The notes under the pieces were generated by a model. That model was given only the letters and a program-made list of their open reading frames with translations. It was not told where the DNA came from and did not search any database. A program made the translations under genes and the position numbers. Below, one piece after another: positions 31,051-40,809 of a DNA stretch of 64,000 nucleotides. The DNA lies in IMG/VR virus record IMGVR_UViG_3300021335_000006, positions 1-64,000 of that record; one strand, written 5' to 3'. Source of the DNA: an uncultured virus (IMG/VR IMGVR_UViG_3300021335_000006). Taxonomy: Duplodnaviria; Heunggongvirae; Uroviricota; Caudoviricetes. Within the stretch, counting starts at the first letter, position 1. The number at the start of each line of letters is the position of its first letter.

Positions 31051-33252
31051 ATGTCAATAATAAGACACAAAAGAAGCGACATTGCTGGAAGGGTTCCAAC
31101 AACAACACAGATTGATACTGGTGAAATTGCTATCAACACTCATGATGGCAAGATGTACTTTACTCGTGATAAAGATGGAACTATTAGCGTCAGAGAAGTA
31201 GGCTTAGCGGAGAGAACTGATAATGTCTTATACGTCTCGAAAACTGGAAGCGATACGGATAACAATGGAACGACTCTTGCAGAAGCTTTCGCAACAATTA
31301 ACCAAGCACTCTCAGTTGCCCAACCAGGCACAACTATTTTTCTAAAGAGCGGAGATCATGTTCTAGACAATAGCGCAGGTGGTGTAAACATCCCAGAAAG
31401 AGTTGCGATTGTCGGAGACAATCTTCGCACAACAAATATTCGTCCTTCAGTGTCAACGAACGATCTCTTTTATGTAAATAACGGATCTCACTTCACCGGT
31501 GTAACGTTTAGAGACTATGTGTCTCCTTCAGCGGCTGTATCGTTTAATCCAGACGGATCAGCAGGCGAGATTCGAACATCTCCTTATGTTCAAAACTGTA
31601 GTTCAATTACAACTACCGGAACAGGAATGAGAATCGACGGCAATCACTGTTCCGGTCTTCGTTCAATGGTTGCTGATGCATACACTAATATCAACTTTGG
31701 CGGAATTGGCGTTCATCTTCTGAATCGTGGATATGCTCAGCTTGTATCTCAGTTTACGATTTCGTGCGAAGATGGGATTCTAGCGGAAAACGGTGGATTC
31801 TGCTCTCTAACAAACTCAAACTGCTCATTCGGTACTTACGGGTTGAGAGCAACAGGTACGAGTGGTGTCATATATACAGCCACTTCGTCTGGACTGGCTA
31901 GAGCAACAACGAGTGTGATTGAGTTAAAAGATGTTACAGAGCGACCCAAATACGGAGATGCTATTAAGTTTGCGGGGATTGACAAGTATCACACAGTAGA
32001 AAACACATCGGGTCTTTTTGTTACAGAAGAAATTGAAAACATTGTATATCCTGCGGCACCAGGTTCTACTGTAAATGAATTAAATGCGTCTCAGCAACTT
32101 CAAAACAATAGAACATTTGCGTCAGAAAAGACTGTCAGATACATTGAAGAAAACTATCCGGAAATCGAGTATAACATCGGTAAGTGTAAGAGAGATATTC
32201 ATTACATCGTTGATGCACTTACTCATGATATTTTGTATGGCGGTAATACAGCAACCCTTTCTGTTGCTCAGGCATACTTTGTTGGAGCGGTTAGTCAGTT
32301 ACCCGCAGATCAAGTTACTGCAACAATTAACTCATATGAATATTTGAAAACTTTGCTTGGACAAATCGTTCAAGAACTAGCAATGGGTCAGAACACAGAT
32401 GCTGCAGCCGCTAGTCAGACAGAGACTAATCGTGTTGAAGCCTTAGTTGATATTATTATCGATGTAATTACAGCAGGCAATCTTGACAATCTTCCTGCCG
32501 TTGTCGATCCAGACTTTACTGGTGTAGATTTGACAGATTATAACACAATCTTAGCGGCAAAAGCAACACTTCAAGCGGACGTGATTACATATATTAACAC
32601 AACATATCCAGCACTTGATTACGATGAAGCAAAGTGTAGTCGAGACGTTGGTTTGATTGTTGATGCGGTAATACGAGATCTTGCGCTTGGTACAGATTAT
32701 AACTCTACGCTTGCTGGTGCATCGTATCAGAGAGCAAACGCATCGGTTGTAGTAAATGAGCAAGAAGCTGAAACTGTTGACGCTATTAACTATCTTCGAG
32801 ATCAAATCAATGCATTAGCGATTGATCCCGCAACACAATCTATTGTGACAACGAGCATTTCGACAATTACAACAATTATAGTAGATGGTGATACAGCAAC
32901 ACTCACGCTTCTTGAGTCTTTGGATCAGGATATTGTTGATTCGACTACAATGGAGTTTTTCCAAAGAAGTCTGATTGTTGCTAGCTCGATTACATTTGAA
33001 TATATAGGAACAGGCACTGAAGTATTCTATAATACTCCGAGAACAGGTGCGATTCCAATTCAAGCGAACGAAATTGTATTTGACGATAACAATGCTGGAC
33101 AAGTGTACTTTACAAGTACGGATCACAAAGGTGATTTCAGAATTGGATCAGAACTTTTAATTAACAGGGACGCAGGTATTATTGAGGGTGTGACCTTCGA
33201 TAGATCACTTTTTGCTGTGTTGACGCCCTACATATTAGCGATAGAAGGATAA
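31051..33252 (+). CDS. Tail fibre/spike protein with a beta-helix domain and helical KCxRD repeats
   Basis: N-terminal IRHKRS..AGRVP....GEIAINTHDGKMY; LYVSKTGSD.....AFATINQAL...TIFLKSG, IVGDNLR and SPYVQNCSSIT; C-terminal YFTSTDHKGDFRIG. Confidence 0.7.
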   Translation: MSIIRHKRSDIAGRVPTTTQIDTGEIAINTHDGKMYFTRDKDGTISVREVGLAERTDNVLYVSKTGSDTDNNGTTLAEAFATINQALSVAQPGTTIFLKSGDHVLDNSAGGVNIPERVAIVGDNLRTTNIRPSVSTNDLFYVNNGSHFTGVTFRDYVSPSAAVSFNPDGSAGEIRTSPYVQNCSSITTTGTGMRIDGNHCSGLRSMVADAYTNINFGGIGVHLLNRGYAQLVSQFTISCEDGILAENGGFCSLTNSNCSFGTYGLRATGTSGVIYTATSSGLARATTSVIELKDVTERPKYGDAIKFAGIDKYHTVENTSGLFVTEEIENIVYPAAPGSTVNELNASQQLQNNRTFASEKTVRYIEENYPEIEYNIGKCKRDIHYIVDALTHDILYGGNTATLSVAQAYFVGAVSQLPADQVTATINSYEYLKTLLGQIVQELAMGQNTDAAAASQTETNRVEALVDIIIDVITAGNLDNLPAVVDPDFTGVDLTDYNTILAAKATLQADVITYINTTYPALDYDEAKCSRDVGLIVDAVIRDLALGTDYNSTLAGASYQRANASVVVNEQEAETVDAINYLRDQINALAIDPATQSIVTTSISTITTIIVDGDTATLTLLESLDQDIVDSTTMEFFQRSLIVASSITFEYIGTGTEVFYNTPRTGAIPIQANEIVFDDNNAGQVYFTSTDHKGDFRIGSELLINRDAGIIEGVTFDRSLFAVLTPYILAIEG

Positions 33253-33256
33253 GAAA

Positions 33257-33595
33257 ATGGCCACGCCACTTAATGTATTCAGAACAGTCACGGCTGAGTT
33301 GACAACGAGCAACGATGTATTGTATACTGCTCCAGTAGGATTCACTGGTATTATCCTAATGGCGCAGATAACTAACATTACTGCGAATCCGGTCAGCACG
33401 ACTTTTTCTCATTTCAAAACAACAGGCGCTATCGAAACAGAGCTTGTGAAAGATTTTGATGTTGCACCTAACGATGCTGTAAATGCGATTACCGGAAAAC
33501 TTATTTTAGAAGACGGAGACTCAGTAAAGGGTAGTGCATCAGTCAATAGCACTTTGAAGATTACTCTTAGTGTACTGGAGTCTCTAAATGCGTAG
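33257..33595 (+). CDS. Small virion/adaptor protein
   Basis: 112 aa with YTAP.G.T.I.L.AQ.TN...GKLILE.GD...LSVLE pattern; tightly coupled to both neighbours. Confidence 0.7.
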   Translation: MATPLNVFRTVTAELTTSNDVLYTAPVGFTGIILMAQITNITANPVSTTFSHFKTTGAIETELVKDFDVAPNDAVNAITGKLILEDGDSVKGSASVNSTLKITLSVLESLNA

Positions 33596-36500
33596 TATAG
33601 GTCTGCTCAGTAATCGAGCAAAGAAAAATGTTGGAAGCGATTTAGCACCCGAACGATATGAATACCTTAGTCTTGAAAATGCGGAGCCTGACTTTGGGTT
33701 CCCTGCTGCTGACGATTCTCTCATTGGCTCCAACGCCGATGGCTCAAGACGTTTTTTCACGACCGATACGGGGTTATCGATTGATCCTTCCGGAGTTATC
33801 ACTGGTGATGAAACCACTTTCGTAATTAATCCTCTTGCGTACAAGTACACAAACGCAACGACTCTCCGTGGTGTTCTAACGGATATTAATGCAAACTCCA
33901 CACATACAAATGTAGGAAGCACTTTCGTATTTCGTGATGCTCTAGGTAGCTTCTCTGGTCAAACAGTCACTGCTGAAACTCTAGTCACGAATGGAGATCT
34001 TCGTGGCCCAGCGGTCTTTGATATCGATCCTGCTCCTTATATTGGAAACACTGATGGTGACGATCCTCTTGATGGTCTTGTACAGATTCATGGTAGTCTC
34101 GATGTACTAGGCGACTTTGTTACTGTTAACACACTGAATATTAATGTTAGTTCAATCACACTTGTAAACGATCTTACTGCTAATCAAATCATTTCAACAG
34201 TCGATAATGGAATTGATCCACCTTTAGTTGTAGCATCAGACATTAAGGTTATAAATCTAAACGCTGATCTATTAGACGGTCTTGATGAAAGCGATTTCTT
34301 ACGAAGCAATGCAAGCGATAACTACACTAACGGTGCATTTACATTTGATAACGGAACAACGCTAACTGCGGCAGAGGGAGCTACAGTTAACTTTAATAAT
34401 GCAATAGGAGTCGCCCCCTTTATTGTTGTATCAACAACTAAAGTCGATAATCTTAATGCTGACTTATTTGACGATTTAACAAGCACTGACTTCACGCTTG
34501 ATCGTGTCACTGGATACGGAAATACAACAACTAATTCTATTACTGTGGCGTCCGTTACTGCGGAAGACCTTATTGGAACAAATGTAGTCGCTAGCACGAT
34601 TACGCAATATGATACTATTGTAGGAACAGGAACTGCTACTAGTCAAATCTCAGCTTATGAATTAATTACCGGAACTGGAACTGGAAATAGCCAAATTAGT
34701 GGATATGAGCTTATCACCGGAACAGGTAATCTTCCTAGCACCATTTCTTCATTTGAAACTATTTCTGGAACAAATACCGCTACCAGTTTGATTGAAAACT
34801 ATCATTTTATTACTGGAACAAGCGCTACAGGAAGTGCAATCACTGGATATCAGTTAGTTACTGGAACTGGGAATGCGGCAAGCGAAATTTCTGCATTTGA
34901 GACAATCACCGGAACAGGTACTATTACTAGTTCGATTAGTGGCTATCATGACATAACAGCTAATAATGATTTGTTTGCTCAGAATGTTGTAACTCCACAA
35001 ATTACAGCGACGACGACATTAGGTGTAGGTGCTGGAGATGACATTACTGTTTCGACTACTGCTAATCTTACATTCAATGCTACTGCTGGTGGGATTTACA
35101 CGAATTCTCCAATTGTTGATGTGTCGGCAACAGGATCAACATTTACTGCTGACGTTATTAATGCGAATAATACAACTGTAGCAAATCTTACTGCTGACAA
35201 CATTGAGACGCTTGGCTATCTAAGAGGACCTGCTTCATTTACTATTGATCCTGCTGTTCATGGAGATGACACTGGCACTGTTGTTATTGCTGGATCGATT
35301 CAAGTTAACTCTAATACAAGTATATCCGGTAACTTGATTCTTGATGGTGATCTGACGGTATCAGGTACTACAACAACAGTAAGTGCTACGAATCTAACAC
35401 TCTCTGATAACATGATCATGCTCAACGAGCCTGAAGAGCGATCTATTGCAAACGCAGTTGGAGATGGAGTAAACGTAGTTTACACTACAACCGAAGATCA
35501 CAACTACTTCGTCGGTGAACTCGTAGAAGTTACTGGAGTTACTCCGCCAAGCTTTAATATTGCTAGTACGTCTATCACAGCGGTTACGAGCAATACGTTT
35601 ACGATTGCAAGCACAGTTACTGACACGTATTCAAGCGGTGGTACTTCTAAAGCAAAGATCTCAGCAAATCCAGATTTAGGCATTACTGGTGAGTATGACG
35701 CTGGATCTGGTGTTGTTCATGCAGGTATCTTTAGAGATGCAACGGATGAGAGATTCAAGTTATTCCACGAGTATACGCCTGAGCCTGATGCTTCTGTCTT
35801 TATTGACACAGGAGATCCGTCCTTTGCTTTAGCGAATCTTCAGATAGATACTCTTTATAGTGACGATGTTGAACTTACTGGTCAGATTAGAGGTCCAGCA
35901 ACATTCGTCATCGATCCTGCTACACACGGAGATAATAGCGGAACTGTTGAAGTCGCTGGTGATTTAACAGTTAATAGCAATCTCAGTGTACTTGGATCTG
36001 GCCCGCCCCTTATAGTTACTTCTAGTGATCTTGTTACAAATCTAAACGCTGACTTGCTTGATAGCTTAGATTCTACTGATTTCTTGAGAAGCAATGTAAG
36101 CAATAATTACACAAACGGTACGTTTACATACGACTCTGGTACAACGTTAACTGTGGCCGACGGTGCTACTGTTAACTTTAATAATGCTATTGGAACAGCA
36201 CCATTTACAGTTGTCTCTACAACAAAAGTCACAAATCTAAATGCTGACTTGCTCGATGATCTTGATCAGTCTAACTTCTTACGAAGCAACGTAAATGACA
36301 ACTATACGAATGGAACACTTACCTTCGATTCGGGTACAACGTTAACTGCGGCCGACGGTACTACAGTTAATTTTAATAACGCAATAGGAACTGCTCCATT
36401 TACTGTTGTATCGACAGATCTTGTCACAAATTTGAATGCGGATTTGTTTGATGGATTGCAATCGACTGAGTTTAATTTAGATAGGGTTACTGATAACGGC

Positions 36501-37217
36501 AACACTACGACAAATGCTATTACTGTTGGTAATATTACAGTAGATTCTAGCAGTGTTGGATTTGGCGACTCTGCAATAGATATTGTTTCTGCTGCCGACG
36601 GCTTCTCTACAATCTTTTTCTCTGACAACAATAGTCAAATTGGTAGACTGGCGTATAACCATACTGATAATAATATACAAATATCAGCAGGTGGTGCTAG
36701 CTTTGCTAACTCTTTGATTGTTGCAAATGGTCTAGTGACTGTTCCTAGTCTGAATATTATAGATACCACAACTTCCACTTCAAGCACAACGGGAGCGCTC
36801 ACAGTAGCAGGTGGTGTTGGTATTGCTGAGAACTTGAATGTTAGGAATAATATCACTTCTAGAGATAGTTTCATATTCAGATCTGACCTGGATGTTGATG
36901 TTGTAGAGCAACTTGCTGAAGAATATACAGCAACGACAACAGGCGCTGAAATTATTGCATCGTTTGATGCGGCTAACTTCACAGCGGCTAAACTTGTCAT
37001 TCGGGCAAAGGACGCTACGGGCGAAGTTCAGGCAAGTGAAGTGCTTCTTGTTCACGATGGAGTTACAGCACAAATCACTGAGTACGCTATCGTTCATACG
37101 ACAGCAAATCCGATTGCTACTTACATCGCAAATATCAATGCTGGGACAGTTAGAATTCTTTCAACCGCAGTTGCCGCTAACACGGAGTACACCGTAGTAG
37201 AAACACTAATCGTATAA
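33588..37217 (+). CDS. Long repetitive tail fibre protein with C-terminal HDG-type domain
   Basis: Multiple NLNADL(L/F)D repeats, three RGPA.F.IDPA motifs, a 16-aa tandem array, a TGALTVAGGVG motif and a C-terminal HDG domain. Confidence 0.8.
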   Translation: MRSIGLLSNRAKKNVGSDLAPERYEYLSLENAEPDFGFPAADDSLIGSNADGSRRFFTTDTGLSIDPSGVITGDETTFVINPLAYKYTNATTLRGVLTDINANSTHTNVGSTFVFRDALGSFSGQTVTAETLVTNGDLRGPAVFDIDPAPYIGNTDGDDPLDGLVQIHGSLDVLGDFVTVNTLNINVSSITLVNDLTANQIISTVDNGIDPPLVVASDIKVINLNADLLDGLDESDFLRSNASDNYTNGAFTFDNGTTLTAAEGATVNFNNAIGVAPFIVVSTTKVDNLNADLFDDLTSTDFTLDRVTGYGNTTTNSITVASVTAEDLIGTNVVASTITQYDTIVGTGTATSQISAYELITGTGTGNSQISGYELITGTGNLPSTISSFETISGTNTATSLIENYHFITGTSATGSAITGYQLVTGTGNAASEISAFETITGTGTITSSISGYHDITANNDLFAQNVVTPQITATTTLGVGAGDDITVSTTANLTFNATAGGIYTNSPIVDVSATGSTFTADVINANNTTVANLTADNIETLGYLRGPASFTIDPAVHGDDTGTVVIAGSIQVNSNTSISGNLILDGDLTVSGTTTTVSATNLTLSDNMIMLNEPEERSIANAVGDGVNVVYTTTEDHNYFVGELVEVTGVTPPSFNIASTSITAVTSNTFTIASTVTDTYSSGGTSKAKISANPDLGITGEYDAGSGVVHAGIFRDATDERFKLFHEYTPEPDASVFIDTGDPSFALANLQIDTLYSDDVELTGQIRGPATFVIDPATHGDNSGTVEVAGDLTVNSNLSVLGSGPPLIVTSSDLVTNLNADLLDSLDSTDFLRSNVSNNYTNGTFTYDSGTTLTVADGATVNFNNAIGTAPFTVVSTTKVTNLNADLLDDLDQSNFLRSNVNDNYTNGTLTFDSGTTLTAADGTTVNFNNAIGTAPFTVVSTDLVTNLNADLFDGLQSTEFNLDRVTDNGNTTTNAITVGNITVDSSSVGFGDSAIDIVSAADGFSTIFFSDNNSQIGRLAYNHTDNNIQISAGGASFANSLIVANGLVTVPSLNIIDTTTSTSSTTGALTVAGGVGIAENLNVRNNITSRDSFIFRSDLDVDVVEQLAEEYTATTTGAEIIASFDAANFTAAKLVIRAKDATGEVQASEVLLVHDGVTAQITEYAIVHTTANPIATYIANINAGTVRILSTAVAANTEYTVVETLIV
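34608..34958 (+). repeat. Degenerate 48-nt (16-aa) coding tandem repeat, 7 units plus a partial one
   Basis: YDTIVGTGTATSQISA / YELITGTGTGNSQISG / YELITGTGNLPSTISS / FETISGTNTATSLIEN / YHFITGTSATGSAITG / YQLVTGTGNAASEISA / FETITGTGTITSSISG / YHDIT. Confidence 0.85.
36030..36455 (+). repeat. Tandem ~65-aa coding repeat (two copies; a third near 34250-34475)
   Basis: NLNADLLD.LD...FLRSN...NYTNG..T(F/Y)D.GTTLT.A.G.TVNFNNAIG.APF.VVST appears three times with visible nucleotide similarity. Confidence 0.85.
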
Positions 37218-37240
37218 TTACAATAACAATTAAAGCCTAA

Positions 37241-37260
37241 GGGGAGTGTGGAACCGTGGC
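37241..37260 (+). promoter_or_regulatory. Conserved translation-initiation leader, copy 2 (GGGGAGTGTGGAACC-GTG-GC)
   Basis: Matches 30290-30308; precedes a GTG start. Confidence 0.6.
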
Positions 37261-40200
37261 GAATAATCAATTTAAAGTCAGAAATGGCTTGTTTTCTCAG
37301 AATGTTACGTTTACAGATAACATAGAGAATTCAACAAACGAAATTACAGTAGAGATGATTGCGAATGATGTCTTGGACATCAATGGTGACTCAGGCTCTA
37401 TTATATCATTTGATGATGCAAATCGTCGGGTTGGTATTGCTACAACCGCTCCTGCTACAGCGCTAGAAGTCGTGGGCACAATCACGTCAGATGGACTTGA
37501 AGTTGTTGGTGTTGTAAACTTCTATGACACTACTGGTACGCTTGCTGATTTTACGTGGACTCCTAGTACATCAACACTTGAAGTTAAAAATATTACTGTT
37601 GATGGGGATCTAACAGTAACAGGTAATACAACCACTGTTAGCACAACAAACTTAGATATTACTGACGCCGTATTAACACTGAACAAAAATCAGGTCACTC
37701 CTTTGAATGACGTTGGTCTACTTTTCCAAAGATATGAAACTGCGGATGCTACAAACTATAACGTTGGTTTTTCTTGGGATGAAAGTGCGGATTCTTTGAT
37801 CATAGGTAAAACGGCAGAAGACGGATCTGACAACAACCTAACATATACAGATACTTGGCTCACGATAACAGATGCTGGACATCTTGGTGTAAATGGCGCT
37901 GCCCCAGGCTCAAGTGCATTTAGAGTTTCTGGTACATCTACTTTTGACGGTGTTGTAAATGTTTTGACATCTACCACACAAATCAATCATCAATTTGAAG
38001 TTTCGGAAGCAATAGCCACCTATCGAAGTGACGCCGCTACTTGGAGACTATATCAACCTACGACAAACGCCGCACAGATTACTGCTGTTGATGGAGGCGC
38101 AGTTAGTCTGAGTCATGACGGTACAGTCATGCTAGCGACAACAGCAGATGGTGTTACGATTAATCAAGACTTAACTGTCACGCTCGATGCTAGTGTTCTT
38201 GCTACAACGACATCTACATCTTCAGCTACGGGCGCACTCACAGTAGCGGGCGGTGTCGGAGTTGCGGAAAACGTATACGCTGGTGGAGACATCGAAGTTA
38301 CTGGAGAAGTTCGAGCGCTTTCTCGATTGGAAGTTGGTACTTCATCCGCAACGAATCTTGCTAATTTCCATAATGGCACTGACGCAAATGTCATCTTGCG
38401 AGTTACAGGCGCAGACGAATCTTCGGAGTACATCGGTTTAGGTGTCAACGGATCAGATGCTGTTCTTACAGCGGGACATGCAACGGGAGCAACAGTAACA
38501 AATCTTCTGATTCGCACAGCAAACGCAAGTGGTGTAGAGACAAATGCAATCACAGTTGCTGGCTCAGATCAATCAGTCGATGTTCTATCAACTACTGGAT
38601 CTACAAGCACCTCGACAGGAGCATTGACAGTTGCTGGCGGTGCGGGTGTTGCTGAAAACTTGTATGTCGGTGGGAATCTTGAAGTCGGAACAGACATTAC
38701 TGTTACTGGAAATCTTACCGTCAATGGAGATACGATCACTCTCAATACGTCAAATCTTGATGTCGAAGATTCCATAATCACTCTGAACAAAGGTCAAGCA
38801 ACTGCGGCAAGTGACACAGGTATTCTTCTTCAGAGATATTCTACAGCAACTGCGGCAAACTATAATGTTGGAATGTTCTGGGACGAAAGTGTCGATAAAC
38901 TTATCTTCGGATCGACAACAGAAGATGGTGGAGGTACTACGCCAAAGACAGTTGCTTTCGAAACAGAATGGTTAAGACTTAATAATAACGGAACAGCGGA
39001 AGTTACTGGATCGATAAATGTTGGTGGAAATATACAGTCTCTCGCTGACACTGATTCTATAACAATTTTGGGTGGTCTAGGAACTGGTTCTAACATTGAA
39101 CTTTATGGTGGAACGCATCCAACGCAAGCAAACAACATGTTCTTTGATGCTGATTTGCATACGTTTAGAAATGCAGATTCGACAAGCGGCACAGTCGTCG
39201 ATATCAATGGAGTAGTCACTCCAAACTCAATCGCTATTACAGATGGTGGAGCAGAAGCAACCCCAACACTGTATTGGACAGGCGATACTAATACTGGTAT
39301 TTTCCATCCGGCCGCTGACACTGTTTCAATATCTACTGGTGGATTATCGCAACTGAAAGTGACTAGCGCCGCAGTAGTTTTTGGTAATCAGCAAAGAACT
39401 TACATTGCTGGAAACGATGATGTATTAGTTTTAAGTCCGAGCAACAATTATTGGGTAAGAGTCTGTCAAATTAAAGAAGGTATTCATGACATTCGTATTG
39501 CCGCAAGAGGAAACTCTTCGTATCACGGAGCTAGAATTACAGCGATTCTTAATTTTGAAAGTACGCCCACTGGAAACAATCACGACGGTGTACATATTTC
39601 TAGATTTGAACGTGATTCTGGTTTCTCAGAACTTACCGGAGAAGTCTTTGCTGAATATGTCGGTAGTGAAACAGCAAATATTTGGGTTAAGATTGAAATT
39701 GGTGCTGTAGGATCAGATCAGACTTATGTCTTTGATGTTAGTGGTTTAACAGCAGCCTCAACCACTGGATTCTTAAATGTAAGCGCAACGACAACAGATC
39801 CTGTACTCACAGCGATTCCTCTTTGTGACTTTATGATTGCTGGACTCGGTACAACACAAACTGGAGCGATTCGAAAGTTCAGCGGGCGCTTAAACATCGG
39901 CGAGAATTTAGATAATGCTCCTTCGGTGCAAGGTGGCTTATTGAAACTAGCTAATGGAGGAAGTCAGACAGTACCAGCCGCATACGGCGGCATAGAATTC
40001 GTTACAGCGACAGCGGGAAATGGATACGGACATAGGATTGTTTCGTTTGATAATTTGAATGGAGATATTCCTCTTGTTATTCAGCGCAGGCTGGACTCTG
40101 CAGCCTGGACAAATCAAGTTACGTTTGAGGGACAAAATAATAATGTAGACTTTGCTGGTGGACTTAGTATCGGGGGCGATGTCTCGATTAGTAGCACTAC

Positions 40201-40804
40201 AGCATCTACATCAAGCACTACTGGCGCACTTACTGTCGCTGGCGGTCTTGGAATGAGTGGAGATATTGTCTTTGCGAATGTCAATAACCGAGGAATTTAT
40301 TTCGGAAACGAGGTTACCGGAACTAGCTATGGATATGTAAGACAAATTGCTGATGGTCAGCTTGGACTGGGAAGTGACGATCTTGTAGATTTTGTTGAAA
40401 CTGACACTGGTACAACAATGGTTTCTTGGAGTCTCAATAACGGTACATATGATTTCCAAGGCACGATTTCAGCAACGACAAAATCTTTCGATATTGAGCA
40501 TCCAACAAAAGAAGGAATGCGTCTACGATACGGCTCACTCGAAGGGCCCGAAAACGGAGTTTATGTTAGGGGTAGACTCAAGGGAAGTCGTGTTATCGAA
40601 CTACCTGACTATTGGACAGGGCTTGTCCATGAGGACACTATCACGGTCAACTTAACTGCATGTGGACGATACAATGAAATGTGGGTAGATCGAATAGAAG
40701 ATAATAAAGTCTACATTGAATCAACATACGAACTCGATTGTTTCTACACCATCTTTGGGGAGAGAAAAGATACAGAAAGATTTGATGTAGAATACGAGGG
40801 CTAA
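37256..40804 (+). CDS. Long tail fibre protein (GTG start)
   Basis: N-terminal FKVRNGL; duplicated GDLTV.G.TT....NLD..D...TLNK.Q....D.G.L.QRY.TA.A.NYNVG..WDES.D block; three TGALTVAGG motifs; C-terminal KSFDIEHP...LEGPENGVYVRG...LPDYW...GERKD domain. Confidence 0.8.
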   Translation: MANNQFKVRNGLFSQNVTFTDNIENSTNEITVEMIANDVLDINGDSGSIISFDDANRRVGIATTAPATALEVVGTITSDGLEVVGVVNFYDTTGTLADFTWTPSTSTLEVKNITVDGDLTVTGNTTTVSTTNLDITDAVLTLNKNQVTPLNDVGLLFQRYETADATNYNVGFSWDESADSLIIGKTAEDGSDNNLTYTDTWLTITDAGHLGVNGAAPGSSAFRVSGTSTFDGVVNVLTSTTQINHQFEVSEAIATYRSDAATWRLYQPTTNAAQITAVDGGAVSLSHDGTVMLATTADGVTINQDLTVTLDASVLATTTSTSSATGALTVAGGVGVAENVYAGGDIEVTGEVRALSRLEVGTSSATNLANFHNGTDANVILRVTGADESSEYIGLGVNGSDAVLTAGHATGATVTNLLIRTANASGVETNAITVAGSDQSVDVLSTTGSTSTSTGALTVAGGAGVAENLYVGGNLEVGTDITVTGNLTVNGDTITLNTSNLDVEDSIITLNKGQATAASDTGILLQRYSTATAANYNVGMFWDESVDKLIFGSTTEDGGGTTPKTVAFETEWLRLNNNGTAEVTGSINVGGNIQSLADTDSITILGGLGTGSNIELYGGTHPTQANNMFFDADLHTFRNADSTSGTVVDINGVVTPNSIAITDGGAEATPTLYWTGDTNTGIFHPAADTVSISTGGLSQLKVTSAAVVFGNQQRTYIAGNDDVLVLSPSNNYWVRVCQIKEGIHDIRIAARGNSSYHGARITAILNFESTPTGNNHDGVHISRFERDSGFSELTGEVFAEYVGSETANIWVKIEIGAVGSDQTYVFDVSGLTAASTTGFLNVSATTTDPVLTAIPLCDFMIAGLGTTQTGAIRKFSGRLNIGENLDNAPSVQGGLLKLANGGSQTVPAAYGGIEFVTATAGNGYGHRIVSFDNLNGDIPLVIQRRLDSAAWTNQVTFEGQNNNVDFAGGLSIGGDVSISSTTASTSSTTGALTVAGGLGMSGDIVFANVNNRGIYFGNEVTGTSYGYVRQIADGQLGLGSDDLVDFVETDTGTTMVSWSLNNGTYDFQGTISATTKSFDIEHPTKEGMRLRYGSLEGPENGVYVRGRLKGSRVIELPDYWTGLVHEDTITVNLTACGRYNEMWVDRIEDNKVYIESTYELDCFYTIFGERKDTERFDVEYEG

Positions 40805-40809
40805 GTCAA

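Noticed and set aside
34608..34958. CRISPR array or true ice-nucleation gene
   Set aside because: The repeats are in-frame, degenerate and lack spacers, and the consensus lacks the AGYGST motif of ice-nucleation proteins.
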